From an uncultured Candidatus Saccharibacteria bacterium (GTDB lineage Bacteria; Patescibacteriota; Doudnabacteria; UBA920): DNA of 63,296 nt. The notes under the pieces are model-generated. The model had not been told where the DNA came from and did no database searches. It saw only the letters and a list, made by a program, of their open reading frames with translations. The position numbers and the translations under genes were made by a program. Positions 9,993 through 19,483 of this stretch are shown piece by piece; positions within the stretch are counted from its first letter, which is position 1; each line of letters opens with the position of its first letter. The DNA is taken from NCBI GenBank assembly GCA_964348935.1, contig CAYGEJ010000006.1, positions 1 through 63,296 of the forward strand. The letters are read 5' to 3'.

Positions 9993-10300
9993 AGCTCTGA
10001 AAAACTCTTAAGAACTTCAAATTCCGGCACACTCTTAATTTTAGGCTTAACCATAATAATATAATTGCCTTTTTTAAAATAGCTTAGATTTTTACGAATA
10101 CTTTCACGAATCACTCTTTTAATTCTGTTTCTATCCACTGCATTTTTATAAACTTTAGTCGATACTACTACAGTAAACTTTAAAGAAGCTAAAGCAGGGG
10201 AGTATTTTATAGTAAAAAAATGATTAAAAAAAGACCGCCCTTTGGCAAAGGCATTTTGAATATCCTTGGCTTTAGCTAGACGGTTTTCTTTTTTTAACAT
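9974..10300 (-). CDS. rnpA: ribonuclease P protein component
   Basis: VVVSTKVYKNAVDRNRIKRVIRE (RNR motif). Confidence 0.95.
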   Translation of the reverse strand: MLKKENRLAKAKDIQNAFAKGRSFFNHFFTIKYSPALASLKFTVVVSTKVYKNAVDRNRIKRVIRESIRKNLSYFKKGNYIIMVKPKIKSVPEFEVLKSFSELCSKLK

Positions 10301-10316
10301 ATTTATATCTAATACT

Positions 10317-10451
10317 TTAGACAGAAAGCTTTTTACGACCCTTTGCTCTTCTTCTGGCGAGTACGTTGCGACCGGTTTTAGTAGCCATACGCTTCAAAAA
10401 ACCATGTCTTCGCTTTCTTCTTTTCACCTTTGGCTGGTACGTTCGTTTCAT
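10317..10451 (-). CDS. rpmH: 50S ribosomal protein L34 (44 aa; missing from the ORF track)
   Basis: Manual translation [44 protein letters not shown]. Confidence 0.97.
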   Translation of the reverse strand: MKRTYQPKVKRRKRRHGFLKRMATKTGRNVLARRRAKGRKKLSV

Positions 10452-10552
10452 ATGAATATAAATGCGTCTGAATTAACAGACTAGGATCTTACAGATATTA
10501 CAGACCGAAAAATGTAACCAATCTGTAGCTCCGTACTTAATTATCTTCGCTA

Positions 10553-10581
10553 ATTATAGAGAAAAAGCACAAATAAGTCAA
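10553..10581 (-). promoter_or_regulatory. sigma70 promoter of the rpmH operon
   Basis: TTGACT-17-TATAAT on the minus strand. Confidence 0.75.
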
Positions 10582-10614
10582 CTAGTCTTAAATCGACAGT
10601 TTTTAACGCATTCA

Positions 10615-10702
10615 TTTACCACAACTTGTCCACACGATATAAACATATAAGATACTTTTTCTTTTAAATATGCGGACTTTTGGTCATTTTACATGTTGAT
10701 AA
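10615..10702. promoter_or_regulatory. DnaA boxes upstream of dnaA
   Basis: TTTACCACA 10615-10623, TTGTCCACA 10626-10634, TGTTGATAA 10694-10702 (each one mismatch from TTWTNCACA). Confidence 0.6.
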
Positions 10703-10805
10703 CTCCTTGTTAAAATGAGTTATCTGGATTAGTTGCATAAAGCTGTAATGCTCAGAAACAAAGTAAAAAATTCGAAAAACTTAATTTTTATATAATTAGC
10801 TACTT

Positions 10806-12161
10806 ATGAATAACCAACAGCTCTGGCAGGCAATCTTAGGAAGCCTAGAAATATCATTAAGCAAAGCAAATTTTAACACTTGGTTTAAAAATACTAGTAT
10901 TGCAGAAAGGGGAGCGGATTTCATACTCATAGCCGTTCCAAGTGCTTTTAATCGTGACTGGATAGCTGCTAAATACCACCAAGAAATGCTTAAGGCTTTA
11001 AAAAGCCTAGCTCCGGAAATTAAAGAAATTAAATATCAACTTGGCAACAACCAACCAGCTACATCCCAAAACTCACACACCAAAAAAGCTGTTAAAACAA
11101 GCCAAGAAACTCAAACTTCCAGCGATGCTTTTGCCGTAGGCTCTTCTGGGCTCAATCCCAAGTACACCTTCGAAACCCTAATCATCGGTAAAAACAACGA
11201 ATTAGCCCACGCTGCTAGCCAAGCAGTGGCAAAAACCCCAGGGACCCAATACAACCCTTTATTTATTTACGGTGGGGTTGGGTTGGGCAAAACTCACTTA
11301 ATGCACGCTGTTGGTCACAGACTCATCCAAAACAACCTCAAAACCCGAATTTTGTACGTCACAAGTGAAAAATTCGCGAATGACTACGTAAACGCCATTG
11401 CTCAAAAGCGAATGGAAGAATTTAAAAAAGAGTACCGCAACGTAGATGCTCTTTTAATTGATGATATTCAGTTTATGGCCGGAAAAGAAGGTTTCCAGGA
11501 AGAGTTTTTTCACACTTTTAACGAGCTCCGAGACAAGGGCAAGCAAATTATTATTACCTCTGACCGACCACCTAAGGAAATACCAGCTGTTGAACAAAGG
11601 CTTGTCTCCCGTTTTGAATGGGGAATGATTGCTGATATACAAGCGCCCGACCTAGAGACCAGAATGGCTATACTTCGTACTAAAATGGAAAAAAAGGGCG
11701 TAAGTATCACCGAAGATATTCTTTTCTATATCGCTGAAAATGTCCAAAGCAACATTCGTGAATTGGAAGGAGCCCTTAACCGACTTGCGGTATACCAACA
11801 AATGGAGAATAGGGGATTAGTCCTAGAACAAGCCAAAACCATTTTAGCAAGTATTGTAGGCACCAAAAAAAGGGTAACCTCTATTAAAAAAATAGCTGAA
11901 TCTGTTGCCACTTTCTACAATATAAGTATGGAGGATTTACTAAAGCAATCTCGCAAGAAAGAATTTGTAAAACCGAGACAAATTGCCATGTTTTTAATCC
12001 GCAAAGAACTAGATAATTCCTTTCCATCCATAGGAGACTTCTTTGGAGGAAGAGACCATACAACTGTTATGCACGCTGTGGAAAAAGTTGGCAAATTGAT
12101 TTCTGAGAAAGATTCATTTAAACAAGAGGTGGATTTAATCCTGGATAAGTTGTTTATATAG
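10806..12161 (+). CDS. dnaA: chromosomal replication initiator DnaA
   Basis: YNPLFIYGGVGLGKTHL, LLIDDIQF, RELEGAL, GGRDHTTVMHA. Confidence 0.98.
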   Translation: MNNQQLWQAILGSLEISLSKANFNTWFKNTSIAERGADFILIAVPSAFNRDWIAAKYHQEMLKALKSLAPEIKEIKYQLGNNQPATSQNSHTKKAVKTSQETQTSSDAFAVGSSGLNPKYTFETLIIGKNNELAHAASQAVAKTPGTQYNPLFIYGGVGLGKTHLMHAVGHRLIQNNLKTRILYVTSEKFANDYVNAIAQKRMEEFKKEYRNVDALLIDDIQFMAGKEGFQEEFFHTFNELRDKGKQIIITSDRPPKEIPAVEQRLVSRFEWGMIADIQAPDLETRMAILRTKMEKKGVSITEDILFYIAENVQSNIRELEGALNRLAVYQQMENRGLVLEQAKTILASIVGTKKRVTSIKKIAESVATFYNISMEDLLKQSRKKEFVKPRQIAMFLIRKELDNSFPSIGDFFGGRDHTTVMHAVEKVGKLISEKDSFKQEVDLILDKLFI

Positions 12162-12373
12162 TCTTGGTAAGAAGGGGTTAATCCAAATCATATAAATGCT
12201 TAACCTACTAAAGCTAATTTATTAATTAAGTTATCCTAAACCACACAAGAGTTATTCACAGTCAAAACAGCTTAATTTGTGAATAGTACTAAGGAATAAT
12301 GGTAATCCACAAATTAACAACCCTTATTATAAATATTACTTCCTTAAAATATATTTATTAAATACACACCTAT
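12162..12373. other. probable oriC (dnaA-dnaN intergenic region)
   Basis: TTATTCACA 12252-12260 (perfect box), TGTGAATAG 12278-12286, TAATCCACA 12303-12311, AT-rich tract ~12320-12365; plus strand switches from C-rich to G-rich here. Confidence 0.75.
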
Positions 12374-13474
12374 ATGAAAGTTATTTGTACACAAGAAAAT
12401 TTAAAACTTGGATTGTCTACCGTAGGTAGAATTATTTCTTCTAGTAACACACTTCCAATTCTTAGCAATCTACTAATTAAAACTGAAAATGGTGTATTGA
12501 AGATATCTTCCACTAATTTGGAAATTGCAATTACTACCCAGGTAAGGTGTAAGGTTGAAGATGATGGTGAAGTAACTGTGGTAGGAAAAACTATTAATGA
12601 TTTAATCAATAATTTGCCAAATAAAAATATAACCCTACAAAGTGGGGTGGGGGAACTTCGAGTGGAGACAGAGAATTACCATACTGTTGTAAAAACCCTA
12701 CCTGTAGAAGAGTTTCCATTGATTCCGAGGGTTGAGGGTGGTATAACGGTTAATGTTGATTCTCAAGAGTTAAAACAATCTTTGGATCAGGTGGTTTTTG
12801 CCGCTTCATTAAACCAAACCCAACCAGAGATTTCCGGGGTGTTGTTTGGGGTTGATGGTGGGGTTTTAAGAATTGTCGCAACTGATAGATATAGACTTGC
12901 AGAAAAAACTTTAAAATTGAGTGAATTAGTTTCTGGTAATTTGGAAGTAATTCTCCCTCAGAAAACCGTGATTGAGCTGTCGAGGGTTATTGGTTCACAG
13001 AAGGGTGTGGTAGAACTGGTGTTTAACGAGACTCAAGTCTCGTTGAGTTTTAACGAGACTCAAATTATTAGTCGGTTGATAGAAGGACAGTATCCGGATT
13101 ACAAACAGATTGTGCCAACAGAGTTTAAAATTATTGTAAAGACAGATAAGATAGCTTTGTCTAGTGCTTTGAAAACCGTGGCGGTTTTTAGTCAGAGTAC
13201 AAAAAGTGTGAAGTTTGATTTTTTAGAAGAAGGACAGAAGATATTATTAACCGCGGAATCTTCCGATTTAGGTAAGAGTAAAGTAGAGTTACCTTCTAAG
13301 ATTGAAGGTGGTAGTGCTTCTTTAATTTTAAATCATCATTATGTTTTGGATTGTTTATCAAGTATAGACTCGAAAGAAATAGTGGTAAAAATAATTGATG
13401 ATAACTCACCTAGTTTAATGGTACCAGAGGAAAAACAGGATTATATGTATTTAGTTATGCCAATTAAATCTTAA
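12374..13474 (+). CDS. dnaN: DNA polymerase III beta sliding clamp
   Basis: LPILSNLLI, STNLEI, VATDRYRLA, SRLIEGQYPDY, LVMPIK. Confidence 0.97.
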   Translation: MKVICTQENLKLGLSTVGRIISSSNTLPILSNLLIKTENGVLKISSTNLEIAITTQVRCKVEDDGEVTVVGKTINDLINNLPNKNITLQSGVGELRVETENYHTVVKTLPVEEFPLIPRVEGGITVNVDSQELKQSLDQVVFAASLNQTQPEISGVLFGVDGGVLRIVATDRYRLAEKTLKLSELVSGNLEVILPQKTVIELSRVIGSQKGVVELVFNETQVSLSFNETQIISRLIEGQYPDYKQIVPTEFKIIVKTDKIALSSALKTVAVFSQSTKSVKFDFLEEGQKILLTAESSDLGKSKVELPSKIEGGSASLILNHHYVLDCLSSIDSKEIVVKIIDDNSPSLMVPEEKQDYMYLVMPIKS

Positions 13475-13504
13475 TTTAATAATAGTTACTAATTAGAAAA
13501 TTAA

Positions 13505-14596
13505 ATGAAAATTAAAAATATTCAAATCAAGAACTTCCGTAATTATCCAAGTTTGGATATCCAGATTACCAGTGATGTGGTGGTGCTTTCTGGACCTAAT
13601 GCGGTAGGGAAAACCAACCTTTTAGAGTCGGTTTATTTTGCTTCTTTGTTTAAATCTTTTAGAGATGACACAGAATTTATTTTTTTGAAGGATACTGCTA
13701 GTTTGGAGTTGAAAATAATTGTTGAAAAGGATTATGAGGACCATGAGTTACAGATATTTTTAGAGAAGCGAGAAAAAATCTACGCTAATTTTTTAATTGA
13801 TGGGGTGAAGAAGAAAAGAAAAGAAGCCCAAGGTTTTATGAGTGTGGTAATTTTTGATCCAACAGATGTTGATATGTTTAGTAAGACTCCGGATTATCGC
13901 AGAAAGTATTTAAACATGGTTTTATCTCAAAAGAATCTGGAATATTTAGAAGCTTTGACCAACTATAAAAAAGCTTTATTTCAAAAAAATAAATTACTTC
14001 AAGATCTTAAAGCGGGAAGGAAGCAGGCTGTGGATTTAGATGCTTGGAATGAACAGTTGGTTACCCTTGGAACTTTTATTATCCTGGAACGAAAGAAATT
14101 GATTAATTATTTAAATACAAGTATTTCAGAAATCTATACTACGATCTCGGGTTTTCATAGACCGGTGGAAGTGGAATATGAAACTTTGCATGGAGATACA
14201 AAAGAGGAGGTTGAATTAAGTTTTAGGGGTAAGTTAGAACAAGTTAGTGCAAAAGAAAAAATGTTGGCAACTTGTTTGGTTGGACCACATAGAGATGATT
14301 TTTCTTTGAAGAGTGAGGGTTTATTTTTATCACCCTTTTCTTCTCGCGGGGAACTTAGAAGTCAAGTGCTTTCATTAAAAATTTTGGAATTGGAATATTT
14401 AAGCAAAGAGGGAGATAAACCAATTTTATTGTTGGATGATGTGCTTTCTGAGCTGGACGAAACACGTAGAACTTTTTTATTAAAATATCTTCAAGGCAAG
14501 TTCCAAACTTTTATTACAACTACGCACCCACTAGAAATGCCAGCACAACATATTACCCTAACTCCCGCAGTTGAAGAAGAAGAGATAGAAAGTTAA
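13505..14596 (+). CDS. recF: DNA replication/repair protein RecF
   Basis: GPNAVGKTNLLES, GPHRDD, SRGELRS, LLLDDVLSELD. Confidence 0.95.
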   Translation: MKIKNIQIKNFRNYPSLDIQITSDVVVLSGPNAVGKTNLLESVYFASLFKSFRDDTEFIFLKDTASLELKIIVEKDYEDHELQIFLEKREKIYANFLIDGVKKKRKEAQGFMSVVIFDPTDVDMFSKTPDYRRKYLNMVLSQKNLEYLEALTNYKKALFQKNKLLQDLKAGRKQAVDLDAWNEQLVTLGTFIILERKKLINYLNTSISEIYTTISGFHRPVEVEYETLHGDTKEEVELSFRGKLEQVSAKEKMLATCLVGPHRDDFSLKSEGLFLSPFSSRGELRSQVLSLKILELEYLSKEGDKPILLLDDVLSELDETRRTFLLKYLQGKFQTFITTTHPLEMPAQHITLTPAVEEEEIES

Positions 14597-14614
14597 AAAT
14601 AATTTGAAATAAAA

Positions 14615-14932
14615 ATGACAAATCAAAAAAATAATTATAATGGCTTTTCTAGGATAGATAAAGTATTGGGAAAAACCGCTAAGGATTATAATTTAGAAAC
14701 AGCACTTTATAAACATAAGACTTTAAAACATTGGCACGAAGTTGCTTCTGGTTTTATTGAGGAAGCTAGGCGTTTGACTCAGGCAATTGACTTTAAAAAA
14801 GGGGTTCTAACTGTTGCCTGTCTCTCCAGTGAAGTTGCTTCCCAGGTTAGGTTGCTTGCTCAACGAATTATTTATGCACTGAATCAAATAATTGGTAAGC
14901 AGATGGTTTATGCTATTTATGTAGAAGTTTAA
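14615..14932 (+). CDS. DUF721/DciA-like protein
   Basis: W..V....IEEAR...AIDFKKGVLTVACLSSEVASQVRL pattern; position after recF. Confidence 0.7.
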   Translation: MTNQKNNYNGFSRIDKVLGKTAKDYNLETALYKHKTLKHWHEVASGFIEEARRLTQAIDFKKGVLTVACLSSEVASQVRLLAQRIIYALNQIIGKQMVYAIYVEV

Positions 14933-14933
14933 A

Positions 14934-15647
14934 ATGCCATATTTTTTAAGCCCTGAAAATTTAATAGGAAATTCTGAAGTTAAAATAACCGGAGATGAGG
15001 TTAGGCATATTTTACTTGCCCACAGATCCAAAAAGGGTGAGGTAATAAAGCTTCAGGGGCCTGATGGTAAGAGGTTTAATTCGGAGTTGGTGGAAATAGC
15101 AAGAAACGAATTAAAATTTAAAGTTTTGGAACAGTTAAGTACCCCTACTGAACCGATAAAAGAAATAACTCTTTTTCAATCCGTTGTAAATGAAAAAGCG
15201 TTAGATTTTATCTTTCAAAAAGGCACTGAGTTGGGACTTAAATCTATTGTTCTGTTTAACTCCCAAAGTACGGCTACAAAGCTTACCATGACGCAATTTT
15301 TGCATAAAAAAGACCGTTGGGAGAGGATCCTTATGGAATCCGCTAAGCAGTGTGAGCGAGTAAAAATTCCAAGCTTGGAATTTATTTCTAATTTAGATGA
15401 AGTGTTAAGTGAGTTAAATGATTTTAAACAAGTCTTACTTGCAGATGTTGCTGGTTTAAAGCTAAAACCTAATGACTATAAGCTAAAAGCTATTGGTATA
15501 CTTGTCGGTCCTGAAGGTGGTTTTACAGAAGAAGAGGTTGAAATACTAAAGAAGCAAAAAAATATTCTGCCCGTAAACCTTGGCTCATTAATACTAAGAG
15601 CCGAAACTGCAGTACTAAAGTTAACCTCTATTTTAAATAATATATAA
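14934..15647 (+). CDS. rsmE: 16S rRNA (uracil1498-N3)-methyltransferase
   Basis: HILLAHR, QKGTELG, SAKQCER, VGPEGGFT, ILRAETA. Confidence 0.93.
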   Translation: MPYFLSPENLIGNSEVKITGDEVRHILLAHRSKKGEVIKLQGPDGKRFNSELVEIARNELKFKVLEQLSTPTEPIKEITLFQSVVNEKALDFIFQKGTELGLKSIVLFNSQSTATKLTMTQFLHKKDRWERILMESAKQCERVKIPSLEFISNLDEVLSELNDFKQVLLADVAGLKLKPNDYKLKAIGILVGPEGGFTEEEVEILKKQKNILPVNLGSLILRAETAVLKLTSILNNI

Positions 15648-15677
15648 AAAACTAAGAGTTAAAACTCTTAGTTTTTT
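15646..15677. terminator. bidirectional intrinsic terminator
   Basis: AAAAAACTAAGAGTT/AACTCTTAGTTTTTT. Confidence 0.8.
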
Positions 15678-16429
15678 ATTGTTTTCCAAATTCCTTTAAA
15701 TACTTCCCTTAAGTTGTGAGCTAAAGCACTGTCGTGAATTTCTACTAGGTAGTGTGGTCTTTGGTTGGTGATTATTATTACTACATAGTCTCCAAGTATC
15801 CAAGTGGTAGAGGTGAAGTTGTGGCTTTCTTTCCAAAAATTTATTTGTCTTCTGTTAAACTTTTTTTTCTTTATTTTTTCCGCTACTTCATTACTAAGTA
15901 ATTTAAGTTGAGTTTGGGGGTTAGAACCTTTTTCCCAGTACCAGTCTATCCATTTTTCATAAGTTTGAACAAAGGTGTGGTCTTGGAAACCCCACCACGT
16001 TCCGTCATACTTTAAAATACTTTTATCCCAAACTGGAGTTTGTTTGTAGAGGTGAGCTTCTACCTCGTCTTGGGCTTTAAAAACAATTTTTGGAATAGTG
16101 TATTGAGTTGCTTTGGTAATGGCCTGTAATTCTTCTACAGCGTTTTTAATAATAGCCCGTTTGTCTTTTATTTTTTTCTCTTCTGTTTCGGCAATAGTGT
16201 CTAACTCTTGTGGAGGCTTGGCAACTAAATACATAGTTGGTCCACCAAGGTCTTCTACTATAACTCCTTTTTCTTTTAACTCTTTAGCAACGCTATAAAC
16301 AGTACTACGGTTTAGGCCAACTATTTTAGCCATTGAAGCAGGGGAGAGTTTGCCATGCTGAAGCAATGTTAAGTAAACTTTAATTTCCTTTTCACCAAAA
16401 CCTAATTGTGTTAAAAGTTCGTTTATCAT
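15668..16429 (-). CDS. TrmB-family transcriptional regulator
   Basis: LGFGEKEIKVYLTLL, wHTH NRSTVYSVAKELKEKG, C-terminal PLD-like effector domain. Confidence 0.85.
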   Translation of the reverse strand: MINELLTQLGFGEKEIKVYLTLLQHGKLSPASMAKIVGLNRSTVYSVAKELKEKGVIVEDLGGPTMYLVAKPPQELDTIAETEEKKIKDKRAIIKNAVEELQAITKATQYTIPKIVFKAQDEVEAHLYKQTPVWDKSILKYDGTWWGFQDHTFVQTYEKWIDWYWEKGSNPQTQLKLLSNEVAEKIKKKKFNRRQINFWKESHNFTSTTWILGDYVVIIITNQRPHYLVEIHDSALAHNLREVFKGIWKTIKN

Positions 16430-16435
16430 GGGTAT

Positions 16436-16466
16436 ATAATAGCATGTTGTTGAGGATTTGTCAACA
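16436..16466 (-). promoter_or_regulatory. promoter of TrmB gene 1 (leaderless), with overlapping inverted repeat
   Basis: TTGACA-17-TATTAT-6-ATG; TGTTGA-N7-TCAACA at 16448-16466. Confidence 0.7.
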
Positions 16467-16527
16467 GTTTTTTATATTGTAAACATTGTGTAAATAAGAT
16501 TTTATTATAGAAATTGTTGTAATAATA

Positions 16528-16556
16528 TTGACAGTTAACTGTTTTCTCAGTATTAT
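16528..16556 (+). promoter_or_regulatory. sigma70 promoter of the orphan gene at 16589
   Basis: TTGACA-17-TATTAT; palindrome ACAGTTAACTGT in the spacer. Confidence 0.7.
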
Positions 16557-16588
16557 CAAATGTTATCTTTAAAGGAGGGTAACAGGAC

Positions 16589-16909
16589 ATGAAAAATACT
16601 TTGATTGCCATCCTTTCTGTGGTGGCCTTGCTTCTGGTAGGTGTGATTTTGTGGCAGGGGGCGCTGAAAGAAGCAAGGGATGCACGGGAAAACCTTATAA
16701 CTGCAAATCAACGCATTGCCGAAGTAGAAAAGGAGGTTGTAGAGCGAAAGCTGTTTTGGTCTCAGGTCTACGGACGGCTTGCTTCTGGTGGAGAGTTGAG
16801 GCAGGTTAAGGCTTCTATATTTGATGGTAATCCTCCCATTTTCATCAAAGGTAAGGATGGGAAAATTATGAAATTCGATAGCGATGGCAAAATCGCTATT
16901 TCTGAGTAA
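16589..16909 (+). CDS. hypothetical membrane-anchored protein with coiled coil
   Basis: SD AAGGAGG 16572-16578; N-terminal hydrophobic helix. Confidence 0.75.
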   Translation: MKNTLIAILSVVALLLVGVILWQGALKEARDARENLITANQRIAEVEKEVVERKLFWSQVYGRLASGGELRQVKASIFDGNPPIFIKGKDGKIMKFDSDGKIAISE

Positions 16910-17010
16910 AAGTTATGTCGATCCCGAGCGACTACGAATTGTATTACTACTCGGGAACTTTCTTTAGCTGACGAAAAGTCGCCGGCTAAAATAAAGTTAA
17001 TTTAACACAT

Positions 17011-18312
17011 ATGAATAATATATTAGATAATTTTTTTGGTATTACAAAGCTAGGCTCAAATATTCGAACGGAAATTTTTGCTGGAGTTTCCACCTTTTTA
17101 GCATTGTCATATATTTTTGTGGTTAACCCAGCCATTCTTTCATCCGCGGGTATGAACAAATCGGGCGTATTTTTTGCCACAGTAGTCGGTTCGGTAATTA
17201 CTACTTTAGCAATGGGGCTTTGGGCAAACAAACCTTTTGCTGTAGCGCCTGGACTTGAAATGAATGCATATATGGCTTATGTAGTTGTTGGGGTGCTTGG
17301 CTTTACATGGCAGGGAGCATTGGGAGCTGTTTTTTGGTCCGGGGTGCTAACGGTGCTTTTAAGTTTTACTTCTTTAAGAGTTGGTATCATAAATGCAATT
17401 CCTAACAAATTAAAATTTGGTCTTTCTGCTGCAGTTGGAGTTTTCTTAATGCTTATAGCATTGAAAGTTTCCAGTTTATTTTTGTATGAGGGAATTAGAC
17501 TGAAGGGTATAGGGGTATTGTTTTCAAATCAAGCTTTTGTATTTTATCTAGGGTTAGTTTTGGCAGCTGTACTAAAATACTTCAAAGTTCGTGGGTCTAT
17601 TTTACTTAGTATTATTGGTGCGTCTATTCTTGCGCACATTTGCGGTTTAAGTAATGCAATTGAACCAATTAAATTTTCTAAGGAAATATTTTCCGGAACC
17701 TTCTCATTAGATTTAGTAATTATTTTAAACCCAAAAATTTGGTCAGTAGTTTTAATACTATTTATTTTAGATTTTTACGGCAGTATCGCTAAATTTATTG
17801 GGTTAACTCAGAATACTCCAATTGTTGATGCACAAGGCAATTTACCTAAACTAAAAGAAGCTTTAATTGTAGACGGTGCAGGTACTGTTTTAGGAGCTAC
17901 TCTCGGTACATCTAACTTAATAACTTACGTAGAAAGCGCGGTGGGTATAGGAGAGGGTGGAAGAACAGGGCTTGTGGCAGTAGTTTGCGCTATATTAATG
18001 AGTTTGTTTTTATTTTTAACCCCACTGCTTAATTTTGTGCCAGCTTTAGCCGCTACTGGGGCGCTGTTCTTTGTGGGTTTAACATTACTCCCTTGGAAAG
18101 AAGTAAATAAACAATATGATTTGGCAGAGTGGTTGAGTATTTTGGTGACTATAGTTGTTACAATTTGGACTTTTGGTTTAGACAAGGCAATGTTTGCAGG
18201 ATTTATTAGTTTTGTGGTTTTAAAATTATTGATTGGTAAATTTAGAGAAATAAATAAGTATTTAATTGTTTCTACCTTGCTTTTGGGTATAAGCATGTGG
18301 CTTTCAAGATAA
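17011..18312 (+). CDS. NCS2/AzgA-family nucleobase permease
   Basis: SYIFVVNPAILS, APGLEMNAY, TYVESAVGIGEGGRTGL. Confidence 0.93.
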   Translation: MNNILDNFFGITKLGSNIRTEIFAGVSTFLALSYIFVVNPAILSSAGMNKSGVFFATVVGSVITTLAMGLWANKPFAVAPGLEMNAYMAYVVVGVLGFTWQGALGAVFWSGVLTVLLSFTSLRVGIINAIPNKLKFGLSAAVGVFLMLIALKVSSLFLYEGIRLKGIGVLFSNQAFVFYLGLVLAAVLKYFKVRGSILLSIIGASILAHICGLSNAIEPIKFSKEIFSGTFSLDLVIILNPKIWSVVLILFILDFYGSIAKFIGLTQNTPIVDAQGNLPKLKEALIVDGAGTVLGATLGTSNLITYVESAVGIGEGGRTGLVAVVCAILMSLFLFLTPLLNFVPALAATGALFFVGLTLLPWKEVNKQYDLAEWLSILVTIVVTIWTFGLDKAMFAGFISFVVLKLLIGKFREINKYLIVSTLLLGISMWLSR

Positions 18313-18316
18313 TCTT

Positions 18317-19003
18317 ATGAACCAATCAATAACCATAATTGAAAAGCAGGACCAGTGGCATTTTGTTGCTAATCAGCTTGAGGCGGAAAATTTAAAGCTG
18401 GCTTCTTATGATCATTCGCTTTTAAGGGAGTTAGGGAGCCTGAATGGTAAAAAAGTTTTGGACTATGGTTGTGGGCCAGGTGTTCTTTTGTTAGCGCTTA
18501 AAAAATTGGGAGCAGAAGTAAAAGGTTTTGATATAAACTCACAAATGGTCGAAAGGGCAAGTTTAGGAATTGGCTCAGAAAATGTAACAGGTAATTTAAA
18601 TAGTTTTTTTGACAATAGCTTCGATATTGTTATTTGTAATTTGGTTTTATGTATTGTCTCTGAAGAAGAAGTTCAAAATATAGTTAGACAGATTAGACGC
18701 CTACTAAAACCCGAAGGCAAAGCCTATATTGGTTTTTGTAATCCAAAAATTCACAACTCCCCAGAATCTCAATTGGATTTTAGATTTTTTTCAGGACAGG
18801 ATTATGATAAAAATCATAGTTATAAAAAAATAAAAAAAGAAGGTACTTATGAAATAGTTGAAAATCACAGGCCGGTGGATTGGTATGGAAAAATATTTTA
18901 TAGGCAAGGTTTAATATTGCTAGATATTTTGTTAACACCTGAATACAAAATACGCAATGAAAAAATAAGTGACTTTGTAATATTTAAATTACAAAAAGAA
19001 TAA
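18317..19003 (+). CDS. class I SAM-dependent methyltransferase
   Basis: VLDYGCGPG, FDIVICNLVLC. Confidence 0.88.
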   Translation: MNQSITIIEKQDQWHFVANQLEAENLKLASYDHSLLRELGSLNGKKVLDYGCGPGVLLLALKKLGAEVKGFDINSQMVERASLGIGSENVTGNLNSFFDNSFDIVICNLVLCIVSEEEVQNIVRQIRRLLKPEGKAYIGFCNPKIHNSPESQLDFRFFSGQDYDKNHSYKKIKKEGTYEIVENHRPVDWYGKIFYRQGLILLDILLTPEYKIRNEKISDFVIFKLQKE

Positions 19004-19032
19004 AAAAATGCTCTCCTTGAGAGCATTTTTTT
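19002..19032. terminator. bidirectional intrinsic terminator
   Basis: AAAAAAATGCTCTC/GAGAGCATTTTTTT. Confidence 0.8.
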
Positions 19033-19474
19033 ATTTACTATTTTCTTTTGCTTTTTGGATAAGCCAACTGGAACTCTGAATTTTTCCACTCTTGCCAATA
19101 TTGTAGACTAATTTAATCCCAAGTTTATTACAAAGTTCTACTTCTGGTACTGGGTCGCCATCTGGTTTGCGGTCTCCGCCGTTAGCAAAAATATCTGGTT
19201 TAATTTCTTCTAGTTCAGCGCAAACCGACATGTCTGTCGGTGAGGGTTTATGTTTTGTTAAAACTACTTCGTCAACATATTTAATAGCTTCAATAATTGC
19301 CTTACGTTCTTGTTCAGGCATGAATGGATGCCCTTTTTTTGCTGTAAGCCAGTTGTCGTTATTTATTATGACAATCAACTTGTCTCCCAGGGCTTTGGCT
19401 TCTTTCATCATTTCTACATGGCCAATGTGAATTGGGTCAAAACCTCCTGATATCGCTACGGTTTTATTGCTCAT
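19031..19474 (-). CDS. cytidylyltransferase-family (HIGH) nucleotidyltransferase
   Basis: SGGFDPIHIGH, ERKAIIEAIKYVDEV, FANGGDR. Confidence 0.88.
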   Translation of the reverse strand: MSNKTVAISGGFDPIHIGHVEMMKEAKALGDKLIVIINNDNWLTAKKGHPFMPEQERKAIIEAIKYVDEVVLTKHKPSPTDMSVCAELEEIKPDIFANGGDRKPDGDPVPEVELCNKLGIKLVYNIGKSGKIQSSSWLIQKAKENSK

Positions 19475-19483
19475 ATATTAAAA

